Assembly: GCA_046725305.1 (NCBI GenBank)
Contig: JBKOYF010000061.1
Coordinates: 1 to 38,000, forward strand
Length of the DNA stretch: 38,000 nt
Origin: Actinomycetota bacterium
GTDB taxonomy: Bacteria > Actinomycetota > Thermoleophilia > Gaiellales > Gaiellaceae
Direction: 5' to 3'
A program made the position numbers and the translations under genes. A model generated the notes under the pieces. It saw only the letters and a program-made list of their open reading frames with translations, ran no database searches and was not told the origin of the DNA. Shown here piece by piece: positions 25,719 to 33,060 of this stretch; the first letter of the stretch is position 1, and every line of letters starts with the position of its first letter.

Positions 25719-26441
25719 TCAGAACGCGGGCTCGAGCCCGAGCCGCTCGAGGCCGCGGTTCAGGTAGACGCGAAGGACGTAGAAGCGCTCGAAGAAGAGG
25801 AGCAGCCCGAGCGCGACCATGATCGCGCCGCCGCCGACCTGAATCACGCGGTAGTGGTCCCGGAGCCACCGGAACGCGGACATCGCCCGCGTGAAGAGCG
25901 CGGCCGCGAGCACGAAAGGGACCGCGAGCCCGAGCGAGTAGACGCCGAGGAGCGCCGCCCCCTGGAGCGCGGTGTCCGAGGACCCGGCGAGAACGAGGAT
26001 CGCGGCGAGGACCGGGCCGATGCACGGCGCAGCGCAGACGGCGAACGCCCCGCCGAGGAGGACGCGCGAGCCACGGCCCCGCGCCTCCTGCAGGAGCCCG
26101 GCGCCGACGAGCCGCTCCGGCCAGGGAAGCAGGCCCATGAAGGCCAGCCCGAAGACGACGAGCACGAAGCCGGCGATCCGCTCGAGGAGGAACTGGTCCC
26201 CCAGTACGCGTCCGCCGACGAGCGCTGCGCCGACGCCGAGGAGGACGAAGAACGCCGTGAACCCGACGACGAACGGCACGCTGCCGGTCACCACGCGGCG
26301 TGCGGTCCCGGGCTGGCCCAGGCGGTCGGCGTCGACCGCCGACACCGCCGAGAGGTATGCGGGGACGAGCGGGAGGACGCACGGGGCGAGGAACGAGACC
26401 ATCCCCGCGAGGAATGCGACGGGAATCGAGGTCCAGCTCAC
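25719..26441 (-). CDS. ccdA: cytochrome c biogenesis thiol-disulfide transporter CcdA (DsbD family)
   Basis: 240 aa with 6 TM spans. Conserved Cys motifs FLAPCVLPLVPAY and AAPCIGPVLAAIL. Confidence 0.9.
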   Translation of the reverse strand: MSWTSIPVAFLAGMVSFLAPCVLPLVPAYLSAVSAVDADRLGQPGTARRVVTGSVPFVVGFTAFFVLLGVGAALVGGRVLGDQFLLERIAGFVLVVFGLAFMGLLPWPERLVGAGLLQEARGRGSRVLLGGAFAVCAAPCIGPVLAAILVLAGSSDTALQGAALLGVYSLGLAVPFVLAAALFTRAMSAFRWLRDHYRVIQVGGGAIMVALGLLLFFERFYVLRVYLNRGLERLGLEPAF

Positions 26442-26442
26442 G

Positions 26443-26889
26443 CTAGGCGTCGAAGCGGGCGAGCTCGTCGTCGACGAGGCGCTCGAGCTGCGGGTCGAGG
26501 CGCTCCTCCTTGGGCTCCGGAGGAGGGCGCCGCCGGCTCCACGTGCGGATCAGCACGGCGACGGCCACGGCTCCGACGACGAGCGCGGCGAGCGGCAGGA
26601 GCCAGGCCAGGAGCCCGAAGCCGCCGCCCGGAGGCTTCGCGAGGACCTCGGTCCCGAACTGCGCGACGAGCGCGTCCTTGATCTCGTCCTCGCTGTCGCC
26701 CGCGGCGATCCGCGCGCGGATGAACGCCTTCATGCGCTGGGCGATGGGAGCGTTCGACTGGTCGAGCGTCGTCTCGCAGACGGGGCAGACGAGCTCCGAC
26801 TCGAGATCGGCCGCCTTCGGTGGTGCGGCCGCGGACGAGCCGGCCAGGACGAGCAGCCCCAGAACGGCAACCAATGCGAAGCGTCTCAC
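26443..26889 (-). CDS. ccmH: CcmH/NrfF-type cytochrome c maturation protein
   Basis: ORF 26443..27372 trimmed to the GTG at 26889 (GTGA overlap with the TlpA stop). MRRFALVAVLG signal, LVCPVCETTLDQSNAPIA (CxxC...SNAP CcmH signature), and a C-terminal TM span. Confidence 0.85.
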   Translation of the reverse strand: MRRFALVAVLGLLVLAGSSAAAPPKAADLESELVCPVCETTLDQSNAPIAQRMKAFIRARIAAGDSEDEIKDALVAQFGTEVLAKPPGGGFGLLAWLLPLAALVVGAVAVAVLIRTWSRRRPPPEPKEERLDPQLERLVDDELARFDA

Positions 26890-27446
26890 GACGACACCGC
26901 AGTCTGGATCGCCGAGCGGAGCTGCACGCGTTCGTCCTCGCCGTTCACCGCACCCGCGAAGGCCCGCACGACGTGGCCGTCGCGGTCGATGACGAACGTC
27001 TCGGGGAACCCCGTGACGCCGTAGTGGCCGATCGTGTCGCCAGGACCGTCGTAGACGAGCGGGAACGTGAGCTCGTACCGCCTGGCGAACCTCCGCGCAT
27101 CGCCGCGGAAGTCCTTCGCGTCCAGGCCGAGGACCACGAGGCCCCGGTCGCGCTGCGAGCGCCACAGCTGCTCGAGGTACGGAGCCTCCTCCTTGCAGGG
27201 GATGCACCAGGAGGCCCAGATGTTGAGGACGACCGCCTTCCCCCGGAGCGAGGACAGCATGAGGTTGCCCGCGTCGTCGAGGCGCTCCAGCGTGAAGTCC
27301 GGCGCCGAGGGACGGTCGCCGCGGTTCGCCTTCTTTGCGAGATCCCCGCCCTCGTCGTGCAGCAGCGACCACGCGAGCAGGATGAACAGCAGCGCCACGA
27401 GGCCGATGGCCACGCCCTGGGCCACGAGCCGCGCACGCGAGGCCAT
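26886..27446 (-). CDS. TlpA/ResA-family membrane-anchored thiol-disulfide oxidoreductase
   Basis: 186 aa. N-terminal TM span and thioredoxin motif LNIWASWCIPCKEE. Confidence 0.9.
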   Translation of the reverse strand: MASRARLVAQGVAIGLVALLFILLAWSLLHDEGGDLAKKANRGDRPSAPDFTLERLDDAGNLMLSSLRGKAVVLNIWASWCIPCKEEAPYLEQLWRSQRDRGLVVLGLDAKDFRGDARRFARRYELTFPLVYDGPGDTIGHYGVTGFPETFVIDRDGHVVRAFAGAVNGEDERVQLRSAIQTAVSS

Positions 27447-27450
27447 CGTC

Positions 27451-28521
27451 CTACCGGTCGATGATGAAGACCGGCGTCCCGACCTTCACGTGCTGGAAGA
27501 GCCACTCGGCGTCCGGGATTCGCATACGAATGCACCCGTGCGAGGCCGAGTAGCCGATCGACGCGGCATCCGGGGTCCCGTGGATCCCCACGTACGGGGC
27601 GGAGAGACCCATCCACCGGGTTCCGAGAGGATTGCCGGGCCCCGGCGGGACCGGGTCCGAGTCCTGCGCCCACGGAGAGGGCGGCGGGTACCACCACGGG
27701 TCCCGTTGCAGCGTCACGATCTCCCAGGTGCCGAGGGGGGTCGGATACGCGGCCTGCCCCGTCGCGACGCCGAACGAACGGTCGTACTTCGCGTTGTCGA
27801 AGAAGAGCAGCTTGTTCGACGCGCGCATGATCACGATCGCCTCGTCGAGCTTCGCCGTCCTGACCTTCGGCTTCTGGAGATCGAACGGGAGCCGGATCGG
27901 AGTGCGACTGTTGACTGCGAGCGCCGTGCGGATCGAGCGCCCGGCGGGGAGCCGCTTCAGGTGTCGCCCTACCTGCGCCTCGACCGCTCGCGGCTTCAAT
28001 CCGTCGAGGAGGATCCGCGCATCGAGCGCCTTGCGATCGAGACCCTGGCCCAGCCGATCCACGTACCGGCGGACGCGAGCCTGTGAGACGTCGACGTCGA
28101 GCGGCACGATCGCGCCGGGACGGGCGACGCGGGCGCGGCGGATCGCCTTCGGGACGTTCGCGCTCGCCCCGAGGCTGCCGGGCGCGAGCTCGATACTTCG
28201 CGCCTCGTCGACGACGAGCGTGAGCGGCTTTGCGTAGACCTTCGTCACCGCCTTGGTCGCCTGGAACGGCATGAGCCCGCCGACCCTCACGCCCCCGACC
28301 GTGACGCCGAAGGCGATCGGTGCAGGCGTCGCCGGGGGAGGCGTCGGCTCGACGGGCGGCTGCGTCGGCGGCGGCTCGGTGGAGGTCGGCGGCGGGACGG
28401 TGGTCTGCGCAGGGGAGGTCCCCGCGCCGGCCGTCGCCGCGATCCCGAACGCGGCAGCAAATCCGGCGAGTGCGCAGAGCACCAGCAGCCCCACGGCCAG
28501 GATGCGGGTCCGGCGCTTCAC
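27451..28521 (-). CDS. L,D-transpeptidase (YkuD domain) with a Pro/Thr-rich linker
   Basis: 356 aa, GTG start. Signal/TM N-terminus, PT-rich linker, and catalytic SASHGCIRM motif. Confidence 0.9.
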   Translation of the reverse strand: MKRRTRILAVGLLVLCALAGFAAAFGIAATAGAGTSPAQTTVPPPTSTEPPPTQPPVEPTPPPATPAPIAFGVTVGGVRVGGLMPFQATKAVTKVYAKPLTLVVDEARSIELAPGSLGASANVPKAIRRARVARPGAIVPLDVDVSQARVRRYVDRLGQGLDRKALDARILLDGLKPRAVEAQVGRHLKRLPAGRSIRTALAVNSRTPIRLPFDLQKPKVRTAKLDEAIVIMRASNKLLFFDNAKYDRSFGVATGQAAYPTPLGTWEIVTLQRDPWWYPPPSPWAQDSDPVPPGPGNPLGTRWMGLSAPYVGIHGTPDAASIGYSASHGCIRMRIPDAEWLFQHVKVGTPVFIIDR

Positions 28522-29237
28522 GATGCCAGTGTAGACGCGAAAATCCGCGGATCGTTCGTGACAACTGCGTCGACTCCTGCGTCCAGGACGCGAGCGAGGT
28601 CGTCCGGATCGTCCACCGTCCAGGCGACGACCGCCGCGCCGCGTCCGTGCGCCGCCCGAACGGTCGCGGTCGTGACGAGCGAGTGGTGGACGACTGCGGC
28701 GGTCGCGCGTGTGAGAGAGAGGAGGGGGCCGACGATGGACGGTGTGACCCGGCGGAGCGCGAGCAGGCTCGAACGGGCGATCGGAGCGCTCCGCCCGTCC
28801 TCCGAGATCCGGAAGACGCGCCGCGGAATGGTGATGCCGACACGAGCCCCGCCGAGAGCGGCAATCGTGCGAGAGGCGCCGACGTAGACCGAGCTCACGA
28901 ACGTCCGCTCGGCGAGGCCGAACCGACCGAGCGCCTCCACGACGTCGAGCTCACGGCCGGTCAGCTTCAGATCGACGTGCACGCCGATGTTCGGCGCCTC
29001 CTCGGCGAAGAAGCGCAGCGCCTCGTCGAGCGTCGGCGTGTCGTGTCCGATGTCGCCGCGCGCGTGCGCGACGACGAGCTCGCCGTCGCTACGCGAGATC
29101 ACGTCGAACTCGACGAGGTCGACTCCCACGTCGATCGCCGCTCGGAACGCGCCGACGGTGTTCTCGGGGGCGAGCAGAGCCGCGCCGCGGTGCCCGATGC
29201 GAAGCGGCCGCCCGTCTCTCCGCTCGAGCGAGATCAC
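28518..29237 (-). CDS. glycerophosphodiester phosphodiesterase (GDPD) family protein
   Basis: ORF 28518..30188 trimmed to the GTG at 29237 (GTGA overlap with the upstream stop). RIGHRGA..APENT and VEFDV motifs. Confidence 0.85.
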   Translation of the reverse strand: MISLERRDGRPLRIGHRGAALLAPENTVGAFRAAIDVGVDLVEFDVISRSDGELVVAHARGDIGHDTPTLDEALRFFAEEAPNIGVHVDLKLTGRELDVVEALGRFGLAERTFVSSVYVGASRTIAALGGARVGITIPRRVFRISEDGRSAPIARSSLLALRRVTPSIVGPLLSLTRATAAVVHHSLVTTATVRAAHGRGAAVVAWTVDDPDDLARVLDAGVDAVVTNDPRIFASTLAS

Positions 29238-30787
29238 GGAACGGGCCTCGTCGGCAGGTAATCCTCCTCGATGCGGCCGCCCTCCGCCGCGTACTCGACG
29301 ATCATCCGGTCCGTCAGCCATTCGACGGGTGCCCGGTCGTCCGTCCACGGATCGCTCGAGGGCGAGACCTCGCGCGCGTCGCGGGCGAGCAGGTCGCGCA
29401 GCGGCGCGAGATCGCGCGGGCCGCGCACGAGTCGCCGAGCGCGCTCGGACGTGGAGAGCGGTTCCGTCAGACCGATCAGGAACGAATTGAACCGGAGCGC
29501 AGGCCACTCGATCACCTGCGGGAACTCCGCTGCGAGTGTTCCGCCCACCGCATGCACGAGCCGCTTGTCGTCGGGCACCGCGGCGACGTTCAGGACGACG
29601 ATGCCGCCCGGCGTGAGGTGCTCGCGCACGAGTCGGAAGAACTCCCGCGTCGCGAGGTAGAACGGGACGTAGGGCTGACGGTACGCGTCGACGACGATCA
29701 GGTCGTACCGCGCGTCTGTGGAGCGGAGGAACGGGCGTGCGTCGACATTGTGGACGGTGAGGCGCGGGTTGTCGCCGAGGCCGAAGTAGCGCCTGCCGAC
29801 ACGCGTGACCGCAGGGTCGAGCTCGACGCCGTCGACGGTTGCCTCCGGGTAGTAGACGCCGAGCTCCCGGGCTGTCGTCCCGCCTGCGTTTCCGAGGATC
29901 GCGACGCGCTCGAGCGGCCTCCCGAGCAGCGGCGGAACGGCGAGGTAGGCGTCCCACTCGCCTCCTGTGAGCACCGAATTCGGGCGCCACAGCGAATGGA
30001 TGACGAGTCCCTCGTTCAGATGGAGCACGCGCCTCCCGTCGGGGCGCTGGACGACGGCGATGTACTGGTAGCGGGACGTCTCCTCGTGGATGAGCCCGTC
30101 CTCGCCCTTGATCGCGCCCGGCGGGACCAGCAGCAGGGCGGCGATGAGAGCGGAGACGACGAGGTAGCGGGCGCCGAGCAGGAAACACGACGACGCCGCG
30201 AGGAGGGCGGCGATCGCGAGGAATGTCCGCTGGGTCCCGATGCCCGGGATCAGGACGAGCGCGGGGAGGAACGTTCCGAGCAGGGACCCTGCGGTCGAGA
30301 GCGCGTACAGCCGGCCGGCGACTGCGCCTGCGGTGGCGATCGACGAGACGGCGAGGCGAATCGCGAACGGCGACACCACGCCGAGGAGCACAACGGGCGG
30401 GGCGCAGAGGACGAGCACGGCGAAGAAGCTGCCGACCACTGCTCCCACCGACGCCGAGTCGAGACCCTCTACCGTGAGATCGAGGAACGGCTTGGCCGCG
30501 AAGGGGATCAGCGCGACGCAGACCGCGGCGGCGAGCACGATGTAGCCGAGCAGGTGCGGCTCGGGACGACGATCGGCGATCCGCCCGCCCAGCCAGTAGC
30601 CGAGCGCGAGCGCTGCCAGGACGATGCCGATGAGATTGGCCCAGACGATGGTCGACGACCCGAAGTACGGCTCGAGGAGTCGCGACGCGGTGATCTCCGT
30701 CGCGAGGGCACCGATCCCGGCACCGAAGACGAGGGCGCCGAGCGCGAAGCTGCCCGGCCGCGCCCCGGCCGCGGACGGAGACGTCAC
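29234..30787 (-). CDS. membrane-fused spermidine-synthase-like protein (polytopic N-terminus + SpeE-type methyltransferase-fold domain)
   Basis: 517 aa. About 7 TM spans, then ILGNAGGTTAREL and DLIVVDAY aminopropyltransferase-fold motifs. Confidence 0.85.
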   Translation of the reverse strand: MTSPSAAGARPGSFALGALVFGAGIGALATEITASRLLEPYFGSSTIVWANLIGIVLAALALGYWLGGRIADRRPEPHLLGYIVLAAAVCVALIPFAAKPFLDLTVEGLDSASVGAVVGSFFAVLVLCAPPVVLLGVVSPFAIRLAVSSIATAGAVAGRLYALSTAGSLLGTFLPALVLIPGIGTQRTFLAIAALLAASSCFLLGARYLVVSALIAALLLVPPGAIKGEDGLIHEETSRYQYIAVVQRPDGRRVLHLNEGLVIHSLWRPNSVLTGGEWDAYLAVPPLLGRPLERVAILGNAGGTTARELGVYYPEATVDGVELDPAVTRVGRRYFGLGDNPRLTVHNVDARPFLRSTDARYDLIVVDAYRQPYVPFYLATREFFRLVREHLTPGGIVVLNVAAVPDDKRLVHAVGGTLAAEFPQVIEWPALRFNSFLIGLTEPLSTSERARRLVRGPRDLAPLRDLLARDAREVSPSSDPWTDDRAPVEWLTDRMIVEYAAEGGRIEEDYLPTRPVP

Positions 30788-31033
30788 CTACAGCCCGAAG
30801 ACACGCTCGATCTCGCCGAGCGTTCGCGCAGCGAGCACCGCCGCGACGACGACGACGAGGATGAGCACCAGCCAGAAGCGGACGCCCGCCAAGCGTCTCT
30901 CGCGATGGCGTTGTGCCTTCGCGGCGCGACGGGCGCGGTGGTGGCGGTACGCGCGCGAGACCGCGTCGGGATCGAGCGGGGGCTCGTCCTCCGGGATGGC
31001 CGGGTGCGAGGTCGTCGGGGCCGTACGTGCCAC
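30788..31033 (-). CDS. hypothetical small single-pass membrane protein
   Basis: 81 aa, GTG start. Basic stretch, then FWLVLILVVVVAAVLAA TM span. Its stop abuts the next start, and TAGAAT lies 6 nt upstream of the start. Confidence 0.6.
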   Translation of the reverse strand: MARTAPTTSHPAIPEDEPPLDPDAVSRAYRHHRARRAAKAQRHRERRLAGVRFWLVLILVVVVAAVLAARTLGEIERVFGL

Positions 31034-31039
31034 GGGAGA

Positions 31040-31068
31040 ATTCTAGGAACGACGGTCCGTCGCGTGAA
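31040..31068 (-). promoter_or_regulatory. predicted leaderless promoter of the seven-gene envelope operon
   Basis: Minus strand: TTCACG (31068-31063), 17-nt spacer, TAGAAT (31045-31040), then 6 nt to the GTG at 31033. Confidence 0.5.
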
Positions 31069-31105
31069 GCCCGTCCCGTCGGGACGAGGTCATATGCTTC
31101 ACGCG
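31061..31105. other. nested inverted repeat / stem-loop
   Basis: Outer arms CGCGTGAAGC (31061-31070) and GCTTCACGCG (31096-31105) are perfect 10-mers. Inner arms are CGTCCC-gtc-GGGACG (31072-31086). Confidence 0.6.
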
Positions 31106-31129
31106 ATGGAACGCCCGGGAGGACGACGC

Positions 31130-31543
31130 ATGCCGTTCGCCGGAGAGCTCATCGGGATGGGTGGGCGACTCACGTTCCTCTTCGGGCTGCTGCTCACGCT
31201 CTCGTCGCTGACGGGCTGGTACACGGGCGAGGGAAACGGGACGACGGTCTCCGTGCTCGGCTGGCACACCGGGACGATCGGGAAGATCGTGCTCTTCCTG
31301 GGCCTGGCGGCCGTGCTGCTTGCCGTGCTCCAGGAGGTCGGCGTCAGCATGCCCGCCTCCGTCCCGGAGAGCCTCGTCGCGATCGGGATCGGCTCGATCG
31401 CGACGATCCTCGTGCTCGTGAGGATCATCTCGATCCCCGACAGCTTCTTCTTCGCGAGCCGAGGCCTGGGCATCTGGATCAGCCTCGCCTGCGCGGTCGG
31501 GATCATTCTCGCCGGCCTGCTCGAGGCGTCCGAAGAGCTCTAG
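31130..31543 (+). CDS. hypothetical 4-TM membrane protein
   Basis: Only the last 137 codons of ORF 29552..31543 are plausible. ATG at 31130 with a GGGAGGA SD 6 nt upstream. Four hydrophobic spans. Confidence 0.7.
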   Translation: MPFAGELIGMGGRLTFLFGLLLTLSSLTGWYTGEGNGTTVSVLGWHTGTIGKIVLFLGLAAVLLAVLQEVGVSMPASVPESLVAIGIGSIATILVLVRIISIPDSFFFASRGLGIWISLACAVGIILAGLLEASEEL

Positions 31544-31548
31544 GTCGC

Positions 31549-31577
31549 GGTCACGGGCCGGTGACCGTCACGGTCAC
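31549..31577. terminator. overlapping hairpins at a convergent gene junction (no U-tract)
   Basis: GGTCAC-gggccg-GTGACC (31549-31566) and GTGACCG-tca-CGGTCAC (31561-31577). They partly lie inside the 3' end of the minus-strand small ORF. Confidence 0.35.
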
Positions 31578-31775
31578 CGTGCGTGCGGGTGCGCTCTGCG
31601 GGAGCGGGGTCAGCGTGCGCTCGGTCGTCGCCACGCCGCTCGACTTCGGCCGCTCGTCGAGGGTACGAGCGAACGCGACGCCGAGCAGGAACACGAGCAC
31701 GACGAAGGCGATCGTGACCAGGCGTCGGAGCACGCCACGGCGGCGGTCCTGCCGGGGACGGGCGAGCGAGCTCAC
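31551..31775 (-). CDS. hypothetical small single-pass membrane protein
   Basis: 74 aa from the GTG at 31775 (GTGA overlap with the upstream stop). LVTIAFVVLVFLLGVAF TM span. C-terminal TVTVTVTGP. Confidence 0.5.
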   Translation of the reverse strand: MSSLARPRQDRRRGVLRRLVTIAFVVLVFLLGVAFARTLDERPKSSGVATTERTLTPLPQSAPARTVTVTVTGP

Positions 31776-32083
31776 GGACGGTAGTCCGCGGCGCCCCGCG
31801 CATACAGATGGAACGCGGCGCCCTCGACGAGGGCGAGCGTCCGCGGCCATCCCGGGATTCCCTGCTCGGAGAGGACGTGGCGCGCCCAGGTATCGGCTGT
31901 CGCATACTCGTCGGCCAGCTCGCGGAGCGTGAACGAACCCCCGAGCCGCCGACGGAGCTCCTTCGTGACGGCGGCGAGCTGCGCCCGCACGGACTCGTCG
32001 AAGGCGGGATCGCGCGCGGCCTCGGTGAAGTTCCGGTACGCGTGCTCCCACTCCAGCTTCACGCTTTCGACGCCCGCCGTCAC
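31772..32083 (-). CDS. hypothetical protein (103 aa)
   Basis: ORF 31772..32224 trimmed to the GTG at 32083 (GTGA overlap with the DUF501 stop). Helical, balanced composition. Confidence 0.6.
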   Translation of the reverse strand: MTAGVESVKLEWEHAYRNFTEAARDPAFDESVRAQLAAVTKELRRRLGGSFTLRELADEYATADTWARHVLSEQGIPGWPRTLALVEGAAFHLYARGAADYRP

Positions 32084-32604
32084 GAGTCGTGAGCGTAGTC
32101 GGTGCGCCCGAACGCCTCGGAGCAGCACCGCTCCGGCCAGGGCTCGTCCACGTCCTCGAGGATCCGCTTGCCGAGCACATAGGTGGGTCGAGCCAGAGCG
32201 TAGGCGACGTGCGCGTGCAGGCACTTGAGCTCCGTGGGATTGTGCGATCCGCCGATGCCGAGCTCGAGCGACGCCCCGCCGTCCAGCCCCCGCTCGTCGC
32301 CCGCGAGCTCGCGTCGGATCCGCCGCTGCTCCTCCGTCGCCTGCTCGAGCGACTCGCCGAGTACCGCGTCCTCACTCGTTTCGCGGCTCCAGCGCTCGAC
32401 TCCGCCGAACGCCTCGAGTCTGGCCACAGCTGCGACGAGATGGGGACACGTCAGGTAGTACGTCGTGGGAAAGGGCCGGTCCTGGTCGTCGTACGGCCTC
32501 TGCTCGGTCACCGCGGGGCGGCCGTATGGGCAGCGGACCGACACGCGACGAAACGCGCGAGGCGCGCGCCCGAGCTGCCGCGCGACGACGGCCCGATCGT
32601 CCAT
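32080..32604 (-). CDS. DUF501 domain protein
   Basis: MDDRAVVARQLGRAPRAF...PFPTTYYLTCPHLV...LEAFGG is the DUF501 signature. ATG at 32604 chosen; the track GTG at 32640 would overlap ftsB by 20 nt. Confidence 0.8.
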   Translation of the reverse strand: MDDRAVVARQLGRAPRAFRRVSVRCPYGRPAVTEQRPYDDQDRPFPTTYYLTCPHLVAAVARLEAFGGVERWSRETSEDAVLGESLEQATEEQRRIRRELAGDERGLDGGASLELGIGGSHNPTELKCLHAHVAYALARPTYVLGKRILEDVDEPWPERCCSEAFGRTDYAHDS

Positions 32605-32620
32605 GGCGGCAGAGTACGGA

Positions 32621-32995
32621 TCAGCCGTTGCCGTGGGCACTGCGCGACTTGCGCCATGCCGGAATGCCCTTGACCACGAAGAGCCGCTCCCCGGGCCTCA
32701 CGTACCCGATCCGGCGGGCCTCGCGCTCGATCGAATCGGCCTTCGTCGAGTTGACGAGCCTGAGATCGAGCTCGGAGCGGACGACACGCAGGTTCTCGAC
32801 CTCCGTGCGCCGCGCCGCGAGCTCGTTGCGGGTCTCGAGGTAGGACGCGATCGGCCGGTAGTACAGGTAGACGGCGATCCCGACGAGCGCGACGGCCCAG
32901 AGGAGCCGCAGGCGGCGCCGCCCGATCCGTGCGCGTGCCTGCCGTGTCCGAGGTTTGGCCGTCGCCCTCCCTGCCACGAGGCTACGTTTCGTCAC
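32621..32995 (-). CDS. ftsB: septum formation initiator FtsB/DivIC family protein
   Basis: ORF 32621..33220 trimmed to the GTG at 32995, because the track start would overlap the sigma gene. Basic N-terminus, a TM span (LLWAVALVGIAVYLYY), a coiled coil, then the C-terminal IEREARRIGYVRPGERLFVV motif. Confidence 0.8.
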   Translation of the reverse strand: MTKRSLVAGRATAKPRTRQARARIGRRRLRLLWAVALVGIAVYLYYRPIASYLETRNELAARRTEVENLRVVRSELDLRLVNSTKADSIEREARRIGYVRPGERLFVVKGIPAWRKSRSAHGNG

Positions 32996-33023
32996 GTGTC
33001 GTTGCAGCCCTTCCGTCCCCGAT

Positions 33024-33049
33024 GGAACCTTTGGCCCGTTTCGCGCGAC
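33024..33049 (+). promoter_or_regulatory. ECF-type promoter candidate (GGAAC-N17-CGAC)
   Basis: GGAAC at 33024-33028 and CGAC at 33046-33049, 11 nt upstream of the sigma ATG. Confidence 0.4.
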
Positions 33050-33060
33050 TATCTCTGTGA

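Noticed and set aside
26890-27372. Long form of the CcmH ORF (26443..27372), and likewise the long form of the GDPD ORF (28518..30188)
   Set aside because: The upstream parts are out-of-frame shadows of the TlpA and SpeE-like genes. The signal peptide and HRG motif begin right after the GTGA overlaps.
26945-28864. 639-aa minus-strand ORF
   Set aside because: Out-of-frame shadow across the TlpA, L,D-transpeptidase and GDPD genes. S/R/P/A-rich.
29552-31129. N-terminal ~526 codons of ORF 29552..31543 (+)
   Set aside because: Antisense to the SpeE-like gene and R/E/D-rich. Only the last 137 codons (from the ATG at 31130, which has an SD) look like a real membrane protein.
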